Source of the DNA: Malacoraja senta
Taxonomy: Eukaryota
Direction of reading: 5' to 3'
NCBI GenBank assembly: GCA_038087875.1
Contig: CM075980.1
Span: 9,238,001 to 9,302,000 of the forward strand
Length of the DNA stretch: 64,000 nucleotides
The notes below the pieces were generated by a model. It was not told the DNA's origin. It searched no databases and saw only the letters and a list, made by a program, of their open reading frames with translations. Below are positions 1 through 21,830 of this stretch, one piece after another. Numbering within the stretch: the first letter of the stretch is position 1; each line of letters begins with the position of its first letter. Position numbers and translations under genes: made by a program.

Positions 1-808
1 GAACACCATGAACCACCTCTTGTACAACCATGATTTGTTTCCTGATCGTGTTTTTCCACTAATGTTTTTTGCATAGTCTTTTTCTTTTCTGTCTTGTATA
101 ATTTATGTTTTGTATGTTTGTCCATGTGCCTGTGAGGGAACTGCAAGCAAGATGATTCACTGTACCTGATTGTACGTGCATATGAATAAACTCAACTTGA
201 CTGTTGTAAATTGTTGCCACTCATTCGACTTTATCCTTATCTTGAAGAATATTTGTCATCAACCCTTCTTCAAAAAGCCCACTCTTTCTCCTTCCTCATC
301 AACGTTGTCATATTTGCAACCTGTTTTGTGAAATTACTGCAAGTATTGTTGCTTTTTAGAAGTATGTGTTTTCTCTACACCTTCAGATGAGTCTCGAAAA
401 TCAGGTTTCTAACTTCAAACACTTAAACCACGAATTAACATTCTCTCGTTTCCTTTATATGAACAGTATCAAACTTGGACGTCCAATATGAAACTTTAGT
501 CTGTAGTCTCCTATGTTATTTAAAGGAGAAATAAAATGTCTCTTACAACATATTATAAGGGGGAGGCGTATGTGATGTGTCCTAGAATGGGACTACATAG
601 TCCATGATCTGTGTGGATCCTGTAGAACTGTCAAAAAAGGTTGAACCCATGGAGCTGTAGAGTAAGAGATTAATATTTGTTCCAGCATTAGATATGGCTG
701 TGTTTTTCCCATCCGGATTGTGGAGTTACACGTCTAGCACATACGGCAACTGAAATTTCCTAGCATGTCCGTCATAATCCTTCCTATTTTTGTTGTGATA
801 TAGGAAGT

Positions 809-1374
809 GGCGGCGCCTAACGGCAGCGGCTCGACTGCAGTCCGTCTGTCTTTTTTTTATTTTTGTCTAGTTAAATGTAGTTGTTTGTGTTTTTTTATAT
901 TGTTTTTAACTGTGTATATGTGGGGGGCGGGGGAGGGGGAGGGGGAAACTTTAAAAAATCTCTTCCCTGTATGGAGGACCCGACCTTTCTCTGTCGGGTC
1001 TCCGTTGTCATTGGGGCCTAGCACCGTGGAGCGGCCTCCAACCGGAACGACCTGGGGCTCCAGTCGCGGAGCCTGCGGACTACTCACCATCGTGGAGCTG
1101 GCCGAGTTCGGAGCGTGGAGAGCTGCGGTGATGCGCGGCTGTGACCCGACCCCGGAGATTCAGAGGCTCCAGCCGCAGGTCTGGTGGACGGTAACATCGG
1201 GAGCTCGCGGGTCCCTGGTGGGAGACCGCTTTTCGGGGCTCGCTGTGATGGATGTTTGTGTAAATTGTGTTGTGTCTTGGTTCTTTTTACTTGTTTGTAT
1301 GACTGCAGAAACCAAATTTCGTTTGAACTTCATTTGAGGTTCAAATGACAATAAATGGTATTGTATTGTATTGT
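809..1374 (+). mobile_element. Putative non-autonomous interspersed retroelement (GC-rich body, AATAAA then (TATTG)n tail)
   Basis: CpG-rich block sharply set off from AT-rich flanks, ending gacaataaatggtattgtattgtattgt. Family not identified. Confidence 0.45.
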
Positions 1375-1489
1375 GATGTTGTAGTGAAGTTCGTGTTATT
1401 CGGGTGGTTTATTTTGCTCAAGAAGTTTTATCAACTTGAACAATGCAGCATCAGAAACAATAGGTGATTGCGCTCATGCATTGTATGAT

Positions 1490-1877
1490 CCAAAGATCCT
1501 ATAGCAAGCAAGATAGATCACTCGACGAAAAAGACGTAGTACGGTCATGGGCAGATTCATGGGTAATTTTCGGCCCCATTTCCGTAACCGGCTTCCATCT
1601 CAGCACCAAAGCTCCCATAGGATACTAGTGCGGATACGGAAGCCGGTTACGGAAACATCCTCGTAACAATAAAAGTTATTTGGGAAAAATCTTCTCATTT
1701 TCAGAATTATAATTTATTAACACAAACTGTTCCCCCGCAACGCTGATTACACTGTGAGTCGGGTCGGGTTACTGAAATGGATGAAAAAAAGGCCCACGTT
1801 CCGCTCCATTGCGTACTACACGTCAGCCCATTGCATTTAGAAGGAGTGGTCTATCTTGCTTGCTATAGGATCTTTGG
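1490..1877. mobile_element. MITE-like element with 34-bp terminal inverted repeats
   Basis: ccaaagatcctatagcaagcaagatagatcactc (1490-1523) and its reverse complement with 1 mismatch (1844-1877). Flanked by tatgat/tgtgat (5/6 TSD). Internal perfect 16-bp inverted repeat at 1581-1596/1638-1653. Confidence 0.75.
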
Positions 1878-2357
1878 TGTGATCTGTTTGTATAGCACAC
1901 AAAACAAAATTTGGAACTCATGATAATAATAAACCAATACCATCATGTCCTCATGCTCTTTTATGAGAATTTGATCCCTCTACGCATAAACTCTTAAATT
2001 CACATGTGTGTTTTAATAGCCTTAATAGTCCTATTGTTTCACCTTTTCCAATCTCTATCCTCTGGTCATTAAATTCATAAATTATACGATCAGAATTAGG
2101 ACATTCGGCCCATTAATTCTACTCCCACCATTCAATCATGGCTCTCAACCCCATTCTCCTGCATTTGTCCCATAAGCGTTACTAATCAAGAATTAATATT
2201 TCTCTGAGCTGTGGCCTTGAAATCTGCTTGAGAAAGGATGAATTGAGATGGTTTGTAAATTGAGAGGTATTCTACAAGTCACAAGATACATCCTTGTTTA
2301 AGAAAGAACTGCAGATGCTGGAAAAATCGAAGGTAGACAAAAATGCTGGAGAAACTC

Positions 2358-2437
2358 AGCGGGTGAGGCAGCATCTGTGGAGAGAAGGAATAGGCGACTA
2401 TTCCTTCTCCCCATAGATGCTGGCTGCCTCACCCGCT
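2358..2437. repeat. Fold-back palindrome built from a Penelope-associated tail repeat
   Basis: agcgggtgaggcagcatct-gtggagagaaggaatag-GCGA-ctattccttctccccat-agatgctggctgcctcacccgct forms a near-perfect long hairpin. Confidence 0.7.
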
Positions 2438-2664
2438 TAGATACATACTTGGATACACACTTGGGTACATTTCACCTGCTCAGCTAAATAAAGCAACGGG
2501 AAAGACACCAACTAAGCTACTAGAGGATCTTTGGGCACCAACAAAAGATACAAGCAATGATCATATAGGATCTTTGGATACTAGAGCGGAGCTATAGTAA
2601 ATTTGGACACCAATGTTACATACGCCACCAACCACTGGTGGTGGACCTATGCTTCCTTGCTGTG

Positions 2665-2861
2665 ATTGGACGTTAGCCTAGCGATTCGTTCATTGTGACG
2701 TTGCATTCCCTTTCCCACAATAGGATTGGCCCATCGTGATGTATTATGTAACCCTCCTTCTGATTGGCTGCGACATAGCTTTAGTTTGGATTGGTCAGAT
2801 TTCCGTGTGTGTGTGTGTGTGTGTGCGCTGATTGGACAATGTTAAGGCGCTTGGTGATTGG
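2665..2861 (+). promoter_or_regulatory. RPLP0: RPLP0 proximal promoter with six reverse CCAAT (GATTGG) boxes
   Basis: ATTGG at 2665, 2725, 2763, 2790, 2831 and 2857, each preceded by G, directly upstream of the TOP tract. CpG-rich, with a (GT)n tract at ~2805-2825. Confidence 0.7.
2805..2825. repeat. (GT)n microsatellite
   Basis: gtgtgtgt... run seen directly. Confidence 0.9.
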
Positions 2862-2907
2862 TGGCTCGCCGGCGGCGCAGTGTGTTATGGGTTAGACGCA
2901 GCTTCCG

Positions 2908-2934
2908 CTCTCTCTTTCTTGCCGATGCTCTGAG
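2908..2934 (+). other. RPLP0: RPLP0 non-coding exon 1 with 5' terminal oligopyrimidine (TOP) tract
   Basis: ctctctctttctt (2908-2920) followed by ...ctgag|GTGAGC donor at 2935. This is the typical architecture of vertebrate ribosomal protein genes. The exact TSS is inferred. Confidence 0.75.
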
Positions 2935-5159
2935 GTGAGCGAGTGGACGGTGCAGCTGCTTGTTGTGGTGCGGGCGAACCGCGCTGCTGCTCTCCCAATG
3001 TGGGACCCAGCATTAAACCTAGCGGCCAGTTCAAAACGCGACCCAGACTTTAGTGGGAGTCGGTCTGCGGCAAGTGGTTGGCCCCAGCACCGCTGGGCGC
3101 CTCACGTCGCGGTGCCCGCCTCGGGCCCTGGTGTACTCACACGTGTCCCACTCCTTGCTGGTCCCCACCCCATCTGGCTGTCATGGTCTGGCACGCATGA
3201 AGTCCAGCACGGATTTCTAACTTGCCAAAGAAGGACACAAAATCCTGGAGTAACTCAGCGGGTCAGGCAACATCTCTGGAGGAAATGGATAGGTGAATTA
3301 TCGGTTTGGTTTTGAAGATGCTGCCTGACCCGCTGAGTTACTCCAGCATCTTTGATATAAACCGACATCTGCAGTTCCTTCTTATTACTTTCTAACTTGC
3401 CACATCGCAACTTGTTCCACATACCCACCACCCTCTGAAAAGGTTGTCCCTCGGGTTCTTATTAAATCTTTCACCTTAAACCTATGCCCTCGGGTTCGTG
3501 ATTCCTCTAACTTTGAGGGGGGGGAAGGTGTAATTTCCTAACTATTCCCGTTATGAATTTATAAACCTCTCTAAGATTCGTCTGAAAAATGGTCCCAAAC
3601 TGAAATGCTGTTAGTCCATTCTCCTAAATGGGTAGGCCTTTTAGGACTGAGATGAGGAAAAACTTTTTCAGCCAGAGAGTTGTAAATCTGTGGAATTCTC
3701 TGCCACAAAGGCAGTGGAGGCCAATTCACTGGATGTATTCAAGAGAGAGTTGGGGCTAAAGGAATCAAGGGATATGGGGAGAAAGCAGGAACGGGGTACT
3801 GATTTTGGATAATCATATAAAATGGCAGTGCTGGCTTGAAGGGCCAAATGGCCTACTCCCACACCTAATTTCTATTTCTCCAGATGCTACCTACCCTTTG
3901 TGTTGCTTGAGCACTTGGTGTTTTACCTGAAGTTCCAGCATCTATCCTTTCTCGTGTCTCTAAGATCACCTCTCAGCCTCCTGTGTTCCAAAGAATAAAG
4001 TCTGAGCCTGCACAATCTTGCCCTATAACTCAGGCCCTCCTCTCAGCATCCTCATCAAGCTTCTCTGCACACATGGCATCTTTCCCCTAAATGGGTGACC
4101 AAGAATATTCCTAACTATTGTCTTGTACAACTCTAACATAACGTCTCGACCTCTATACATACTTCCTTGACTGGTCTAGCATGCCAAAAGTCTTTTTCGT
4201 TATACTGTCAACCTGCTACAAAACTTTCATTGTACTCTACTTGTATGGATCAAATTAAACTGATTTGCTGTGAGCTAATTGAATTTCCTATTGGATGATG
4301 CCTAATGTTCAAATGGCATTGCCCAAATACGGATTAATTTTGAGATTATTGTTTTGCCTGTATCTTTGCCAATATCATTTCAATGTTTATTCCCTTCCCT
4401 CTTGTTGAAAGCAGCTCCCTATTTTGTTTTAGTTTTTAGATCAGTGACATGGTCCAAGACATGTCAAAGTCATAATAACGAGTGAATTTCAAATATCTTG
4501 TCTCTGAGATTATCAGTCAAATCTTCAATCTCTAGCATGTTGGGCTGAAAGATGCACGTTGTCTTCAATTTTTAAGTATATAAGTTCTCAATTGACGGTA
4601 TGGAAATGTGACATCTGGAAACTCCTGATTCACAATAACCGCATCTGCATTTGCTGTACAAAATGGATCAGTAAAGTAAGATGGATTTACAGGGTCAGTA
4701 ATGAGTTAGAGTGGGTAAAATAAAGTTAGTTTAATTTTAAGATATGGATTTGTTTATTCTGGGAAGAATAAAAGATAAAATATAGTTTAAATGGACAAGA
4801 CTACAAGATGCTGCTGTATTGAAGAATCTGGGAATCTTTATGAAGCAGCAAGTCGTTATGAAGGCAAATAGGTTGTTAGCCTTTATTGCAAGAGGAATTG
4901 AATGCAAATATGGGAAATTGTTTTGATGAGGCCTCACCTGGAGTACCAAATGTACCCTTGGGCATTTAAGGTAGGAAATACTTCTGTGAAAGAGGGATTA
5001 TTTTAAAAGTGGGTGGATAGTATTTATCAATTGTACTTTTGTTTATATGAAATCTATTCCTAGTTTAATTGGTGAAGCCTCATTTCACTTTTTCTCATTG
5101 CCTTGCAGTAAGATCTTGTCTTTAAACCAGTTTGTGGCAATCCTTGGAAGCACATAAAG

Positions 5160-14738
<9,579 letters not shown>

Positions 14739-14789
14739 AAAAAAAAGCAGCTACCCATTGTATCACGGCTAATCAATCAGCCTAACCAA

Positions 14790-14795
14790 AATAAA
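14790..14795 (+). terminator. RPLP0: RPLP0 polyadenylation signal AATAAA
   Basis: AATAAA 52 nt after the stop codon, followed by a GT/T-rich tract. Confidence 0.8.
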
Positions 14796-15140
14796 ACATT
14801 TTATTTACGGAAACCTGTAGCTTGTGTGTTCATTTTTTAGTTTATTCATGTCTGTTTTTAACTTGTGGCTTTTATGCAATTTGAGTTTATTTTGTGGGGC
14901 ATGGTTAGTAAGTACCTGCTTAATCAGTCTCTGTCACATGGTGTAAATGTCGATCAGTGACGGGCAGCGGTGATCACTGCTGACAGTAAACTCAGGCTAT
15001 TCAGCTTGAGTGCTCAGAACAGGAGTTTCCCATGCAGTAATGTGGATGTATAACCAGTTTGCATTTGAAAGCTGGCAATACAATGCAGAATGCATTTAGT
15101 GTTCAATTTGGAAATAAATAATACTACAAAAATATTCAGC

Positions 15141-15262
15141 AGGCCAGGCAGCATCTGTGGAGGGAAATTGATAGGCATGTTTCAGGTCCAGACCTTCGAG
15201 TCTGGGGAACGGTCCTGACCTGAAAAATCTTTCCATTTCCCTCCACAGATGCTGCCTGGCCT
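15141..15262. repeat. Fold-back element with perfect 28-bp inverted arms
   Basis: aggccaggcagcatctgtggagggaaat (15141-15168) / atttccctccacagatgctgcctggcct (15235-15262). Confidence 0.8.
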
Positions 15263-18200
15263 ACAAAATTTCTCCAGCACTGTTTTTTACTCAAGATTCT
15301 AGCATCTGCAGACTCTTGTGAGTAGGTAAATATTACCATGGAATTTGGCTAGGGTGTGATATAACGTCTAGATAAAAGTAAACAATGCCGAAAATATACT
15401 TAATCTGAATTATGTTGTATCAGAATTGAAGTGCATCAGTGTAAAATAAATGGTAATGTGGGACACAGCCATAATTAGATGTTTATCTGAAATATTGACT
15501 GGATTCTTTATCCAGAGTAATGGAGGGAGGTTGTACTAACCAGGGTAATGAAAATTAAAACGCAATAGAGAACACATTCAATGGCATCAGGCTTATTGTC
15601 TCAGATATTAATAATATATAGACTAAACAGAGTGGTTCTGTGCCTATCTAAATGCTCTGTCACCGCTTCTTCCCGAGCCCAGGCTGGAGAATGAGGTTAC
15701 CAAACCCGTTCAAGCTACAGCCAAGAAAGCACGCCAACATCTCCTTAAAAAACTAGAGGTTTGGCATATCTCCAATTACTTTCCAGCTTCTACGGATGCT
15801 CAGTCGAAAGCATACTATCGGGATGCATCACAACTTGGTTTGGTAAAAGTTCTGCCCAGGTCTGCAAGAAATTGCAGAGTTGTGAATATGTTTCCTGGTT
15901 TCTCTCAGATTGCATCTTTACCATGGATGTCCAGTCCTCAATACCCTACCAGGAAGGTCACAAGGCTGTCCGGTTCTGGAACAGAGACCCAATCAATTTC
16001 CTTCTGTTAACTCACTGTTCTAACTGGTGGAAGTTGTCCTCAACAACCGCTTTGATTCCTCTCACTTTCTCCAAGTTAAAGGTGCAGCCATGAGAACTGG
16101 CATGGGCCCCAGCTATGCCTGACTTTATGTTGGTCATGTGGAACAGACGGAGATATTTGGGAGCAGGATAGTCTTTGCAAGAGGCAGGGTGGGAAGGAAA
16201 TACCATGATAACCACCTTATCGAATTGTTGCTGCCTTCAGTGATGAGTATACTAAGATGCCTTTGTTCAGTACTTCCTTGGACCCTACTGTCATTATGTA
16301 TATATTAGCATTATCACCTTACCCAAAATGCAGAACTCTGCAATTTTCAGGATTAACATCCATCATTACACGGCCTACCTTACCAACATATCAATGTTCT
16401 GTAAATGAAGACTACCCTCCACGCGATCAGCAACAGTTCCATGATTTGTGTCAACTGTGCACTTACTGATCATATCCTACATTTACATTCAAATTAGTAA
16501 TGTATATAACAAACATCAAGAGCCTGAGCACCAATTGCTTCATACATACTGGTCACAGGCTCCAATGCAAAAAGCAATCCTTGACCATCACCTTCCATAC
16601 CTAATCACCAAACTTATTTTGCATCCAATTTACCAATAAATTGAGGAATGGGACTGCTGGGAACGATCAGAGTACAAGCATGGGTACTCAAAGCACGGGC
16701 TGAACTGTCATCTTAAGTAAGTAGGAAGGTGGGAATCTGACCAGACAGTCAACAGAACTATTGAATCGGGAAATAAAATCAAGGGTGTAGGAAGGAACTG
16801 CAGATGCTGGTATATACTGAAGATGAGAGGGTCTCGACCCGAAACTCACCAATCCTTTTTCTCCAGAGATGCTGTCTGACCCGCTGAATTACTCCAGAAC
16901 TTTGTGTCTATCTTCATTAATAAAGTCAATATTGAGAGAATTGGTATCCGATGGTTTGAGAAAAGAGCTGGAAGTGGCAACTTTATAATTGCGGAATTAT
17001 ATGGGATTTGAAGCATTTCTCTGGGTTGATTACAAAAATGTACTATTGCATGAGAAAAACATCTATCTATAATAAGTGATGGTTGATGACCATCAATTAT
17101 GTTTGCAAAATTCACACATTTTAGCTATTGTGCAAACTAATCTCACAGGTTGTCAGACAGTATTGTATTCTGTGGCGAGAATATTTGCAGTCAGAGGATG
17201 GTGTAAAACAGTTTAGCGATTATGACCTTTATCTTGTTTTGCTATTGCAAAGACCCCTTTGATGTAACACCTACGCGAGACAAAACTAACCAGGTGCGTG
17301 AACTATTGCAAAGTTTCACCAAACCTGTTAAATTCACACCTTTGAAACATACACACCAGTTCCTAACAATGAGCCAAAAGCTATTCTGCTTCTATATTGC
17401 ATGAATAATAATGAGATTTATTCCTTGCATTGATCTCACATCTCTTTCAGTCATCCCCTCCACCATTAACCCACGCGTGGTCGTTCTGCATTTTGCCCAC
17501 TTAATAAATTCTATTTCCTGTTTTTTTCGGTCTTTTTCTGATCAGTAATTTACTTGGCAACCTGGACACGTACATTGGCTGAAATGTCTGGCCCAACAGC
17601 CGCTCAGAGGATAGTCGGATCAACAGGGTCGCTGGCTAGTCGCTATTGGTCGCCGCAGATACAACTTGTTCCCTTTTGTGTCGCTGGTAGGTTCTATCTC
17701 AAATCCTCCGCCTTGGCATCACAGCAGTTTTTATATTAATTTATCTGATAAAATCACTGGGATTGATTTTATACAACCAATGAATATTTAAACTTCAAAT
17801 TTGCTCCAGGCAGTGTTTGAAGATGCAAAAGAGAGACGGGTGAATTTGAGGGGTGGGGGGCAATAGTTGGTAGTGGAGGATTTGGGTGGTTGCTGGAAGA
17901 CATAGGTTGGAGGTGAGATTTGGGGATACTTGGGAGTATTTAGGGCGTTAGAATAGTTTTGGAAAATGGTTGAGACTGGTTTGGGGTGGATGGGGAGGCG
18001 AGGGAAAACAAAGTATTGAAGACATTAGTGGGATGCGAGGATGGGATGCTGATGATGTTCAGGGAAGGTAGGAGAAAACAGTCTATGTATATTAATAAAA
18101 TGCGGTAGGAAACAGAACATCAAGTCGCATCGTTTCTAATGAAGAACAAATTGTGAAAGGTCAACTTGCTGCTTTCCTCTTGCGCTCATAACCCAATCAT

Positions 18201-19118
18201 TTCCAGAATAAAGAAAGGATTAATTTCATAATGGTAGTGAACTGGAGATCACATTTTCCCAACAAATGTAAGTCGTTTCTAATTTTAAAAATCGTGGCAT
18301 CCATCCAATTATAGCATCTCCCCCGGGGTGAAGATTGGCAGGTAGGTAACACATTTTAGTTAAGATTCACTTCTAACACAGCTTCAGTTTATTCTTAGTT
18401 CACCGATATTTCAATAGCTGCTGCAAACCGTGGGAGGACGCAGGGAGGATCGCAGATACATTTACCGAATTTTAGTTTGCTGGATAGATAAAACAAAAAA
18501 AAAGTGCCATTCAGGGGACATTACGAGGAGAGGAGGTATAATTTAGCATCGTCTTGGAGGCTGGATGGTTTTCTTCCACCTTCCCCGAACATCACTAGCA
18601 TCCCACCCTCCCAACCCACTAATGCCCTCACTGTTTCAGTTCCCCATTCACCTCATAACATTTCCATCCATCCCCCAACATGGGCGATCGTACGGTAATT
18701 GCATACTTTACAAGGGGAGAAATGTTTTATGTCTTGTACAGTGGATAGTGAAAATGGGAATATGATTACAGAAGAGCAAGAGGAGAGTGGCTCAGCAGGT
18801 AGTGCTGATGCCTGATAGCTCCAACGGATGCAATGCTGCAGTCTGGTCCTGCCTCAGTGGGGGCGTATAGTCTCCCTGTTACCACATCCCAAAGACTTGC
18901 TTGTTGGCAGGTTAATTGTCTACTGCAAATCACCCCTCGTGTAGATGATGGTAGAGGTAATTGATGGGAGAATCGGTGGTGGTGGTGGGGAAGGGTGTTG
19001 TTAATGGGCATGTGAGAGAGAATAGGTTACAGGGAAATAAGTAGGGGAAGAGGAGTGATAGGATTATGGCGAGCCCACGTATATGTCGAGGGGGTGGGGA
19101 GAAATCGGGGGGGGGGGG

Positions 19119-20275
19119 GTCTACTGCAAACCCACTGACTCCCAGAACTATCTCGACTACACCTCTTCCCACCCTGCTTCCTCCAAAGACTCTATTCCCT
19201 ACTCCCAATTCCTCCGTCTAAACCGCATCTGCGCCCAAGATGAGGTGTTCCATATTACAACATCCGAGATGTCGTCAATCTTTAGGGAACAGGGGTTCCT
19301 CTCTCCAATCAAAATGAGGCCCTCACTCGTGTCTCCTCCTCCCTTGCTCACCCCACCTAGTCGCAACAGAGACCGAGTCCCCCTAGCCCATACCTTCCAC
19401 CCCATCAGCCATCGCTTACAACACTTAATCCTCCGAAATTTCTACCACCTCCAACGGAATCCCACCACAAGCCACATTTTCCCATCTCCACACCTTTCCG
19501 CCTTCCGCAGAGACCGTTCCTTCCGCAACTCCCTGGTTAACTCATCCCTCCTACCCAAACCACCCCATCCCCAGGTACCTTCCCCTGCAACCGCAGAAGG
19601 TGCAAGACCTGTCGCTATACCTCCTCCCTCGACTCTATCCAGGGACCCCGACAGTCCTTTCAGGTTAGGCAGAGGTTCACTTGCATCTCCTTCATCCTCA
19701 TCTACTGTATCCGTTGTTCAAGATGTGGACTCTTATACATCGGCAATACCAAATGTTGACTGGGCGATCGTTTTGTGGAACACCTTCGCTCTGCCCTCGT
19801 GAACCAACCTGATCTCCTGGGTGCCGGATACTTTAATTCTCCTTCTCGTTCCTATACAGACCTTTCTGTCCTTGCTCTCCTCCATTGTCAGAGTGAGGTT
19901 AAATGCAAATTGGAGGAACAGCATCTCATATTTCACTTGGGCAGCTTACAACCCATGGTATGAATATTGATTTCTCCCACTTCAGGTAGCACCGGCATTC
20001 CCTCTCTCTCTATCCCTCCCCCACCCAAGTCGCACTAGCTTCTCATTTTCACCCTACAAACTGCTCAGAATGGCCTGTTTCCTTTATCATCATTACTTTT
20101 TTGCATATCTTTCATTCATTGTTCTTTATCACTCCACATCACCGTCTATATCTCTCGTTTCCCTTATCCCTAACCAGTCTGAAGAAGGGTATCGACCCGA
20201 AACGTCACCCATTCCTTCTCTCCAGTGATGCTGTCTGTCCCGCTGAGTTACTCCAGCTTTTTGTGTCTATCTTCA
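19119..20275 (+). mobile_element. Penelope-like retroelement (RT C-terminus plus GIY-YIG endonuclease), 5'-truncated and decayed
   Basis: NYLDYTSSHPASSKDSIPYSQFLRLNRICAQDEVF and …LLHCQSEVKCKLEEQHLIFHLGSLQP are typical PLE ORF segments. Ends in the ctgaagaagggt..cgacccgaaacgtc tail. Confidence 0.85.
20179..20206 (+). ncRNA. Minimal hammerhead-ribozyme-like motif at the 3' end of the Penelope element
   Basis: CTGAAGA-a-GGGT atcg ACCC-GAAAC-GTC: conserved hammerhead core, stem II and palindromic ACGT stem III. Stem I is only ~2 bp. Confidence 0.5.
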
Positions 20276-21169
20276 GGGTAATTGAGAGATTACCTAAAAT
20301 AGGTTAATTCAATGTTCATGCCGTTGGTTTGTAAGATACCCAAGTCGAATATGAGGTGCTGTTCCTCCGGGTTGCGTGCGGCCAAACTTTGGCAATAGAT
20401 GAGGCTCCGGACAGAAAGGTTAATGTGGGAATTGGAAGGTTTTGCTCGTGCATTCGAAAATGGCCTTAAAGCATTATCTGTGCCCTGATCACTAATCCGG
20501 AATATGGTGAGCCGACAGGCCGACATGGAATGAAGTGTTCGTCACCAATAATTTCTGAACACAGGAGTTGAGAGACGGTGGACCAGAATACGCATCCACG
20601 CCTGACATTAAACGCGATTATTTATTGAGAGAAGGATGGGTTTCCCCCCTTGTCTAGCACCACCAGGGAGATGACCTTGATTACACAGGATTAATTGGGC
20701 AGCCAAACATTATTGGAGGTTTGAACTAGACGATCTTGTATTTGTGTACACAAAATTATATTTATCAGCTTAATTCATTTTGATACCTTTCAATAATCGG
20801 AGTAACATTTTAATTCGTGAATCTACATTGGGACGCAATTGTATATTGTTCAATCTCCACGTCTCCAAATACTTTAAATGAACTTTTACCCTTTATGACG
20901 ACTGGTGTATTTTTATTTTTCCACCACTCAATTATAAAGCTAATTAATGCAATAGTTGGCATTGTCTGTGAAGCCGGTAAACCTGTGTGTGGGACGTTGT
21001 CAACAGGAGCGAAGAATGATGTGAGCTCCCATGTGTAATGAAAGCTGGAAGAAAGGTGGGGTGGGGCAAAGTCTTGCAAGTAACAGGTGGATACAGGTGA
21101 CTGGGGTGGCGGGGGGTGGGGGGGGATTGACTGGCGGCTGGACAAATGCCGGATATGAAAAGACAAAAA

Positions 21170-21830
21170 ATGTGAGATGTACTATAAACCCACCAACTCA
21201 CACAGTTATTTCGATTACACCTCATCCCACCCTGAATCTTGCAAAGATGCCATTCCTTCTTTCAATGTGCGTAACTGTCTCTGCTGCATCTGCTCCCAAG
21301 GTGAGGCTCTCCATTCCAGGACATCTGAGATGTCCTGTTTTTTAGTAAACATGGATTCTCCACTGTTGTAGTAGATGAAAAACCCAACCCCATCTCACCT
21401 GTGTCCTGTAGTTCTGCTCTCATCCCCCTCTCTACAGACAGAACAAGGATAGAGTTCCCAAGGTGCTTACCTTTCACCCCATGAGCATTCGCATCCAACA
21501 TAACATTCTCCGACAATTCCGCCACCTTCAATGTGATCCCATCACCAGTCACATTTTTCCCATCCCCACCCCTTTCCATTTTCTGTAGAGAACACTCCCT
21601 GTTCAACTCCGTGGTTCCCTCATCCCTACCCACCCAAACCATCCGCTCCTCACGTACTTTCTCCTGCAATTACAGGAGACGTTTCACCTGTCTCAATAGC
21701 TTTTACCTCGAGTCTGTTCAGGGACCCCAGCAGTCCTTCCAGGTGAGGCAGAGGTTCTGAATCCCTGCACCAAATCGTCAGCCATGTATTCATCCATCCT
21801 ACCTTTGTATTCCTGCCCTCACTAGCATTT
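21170..21830 (+). mobile_element. Second Penelope-like fragment, preceded by an inverted PLE piece (~20960-21160)
   Basis: YYKPTNSHSYFDYTSSHPESCKDAIP… is homologous to the 19119 copy. Confidence 0.75.

Noticed and set aside
580-770. ZNF143/Staf-like motifs suggesting another promoter
   Set aside because: Only partial matches and no associated exon or CpG island.
807-1337. 176-aa ORF
   Set aside because: Low-complexity translation of a repeat with no recognisable domain.
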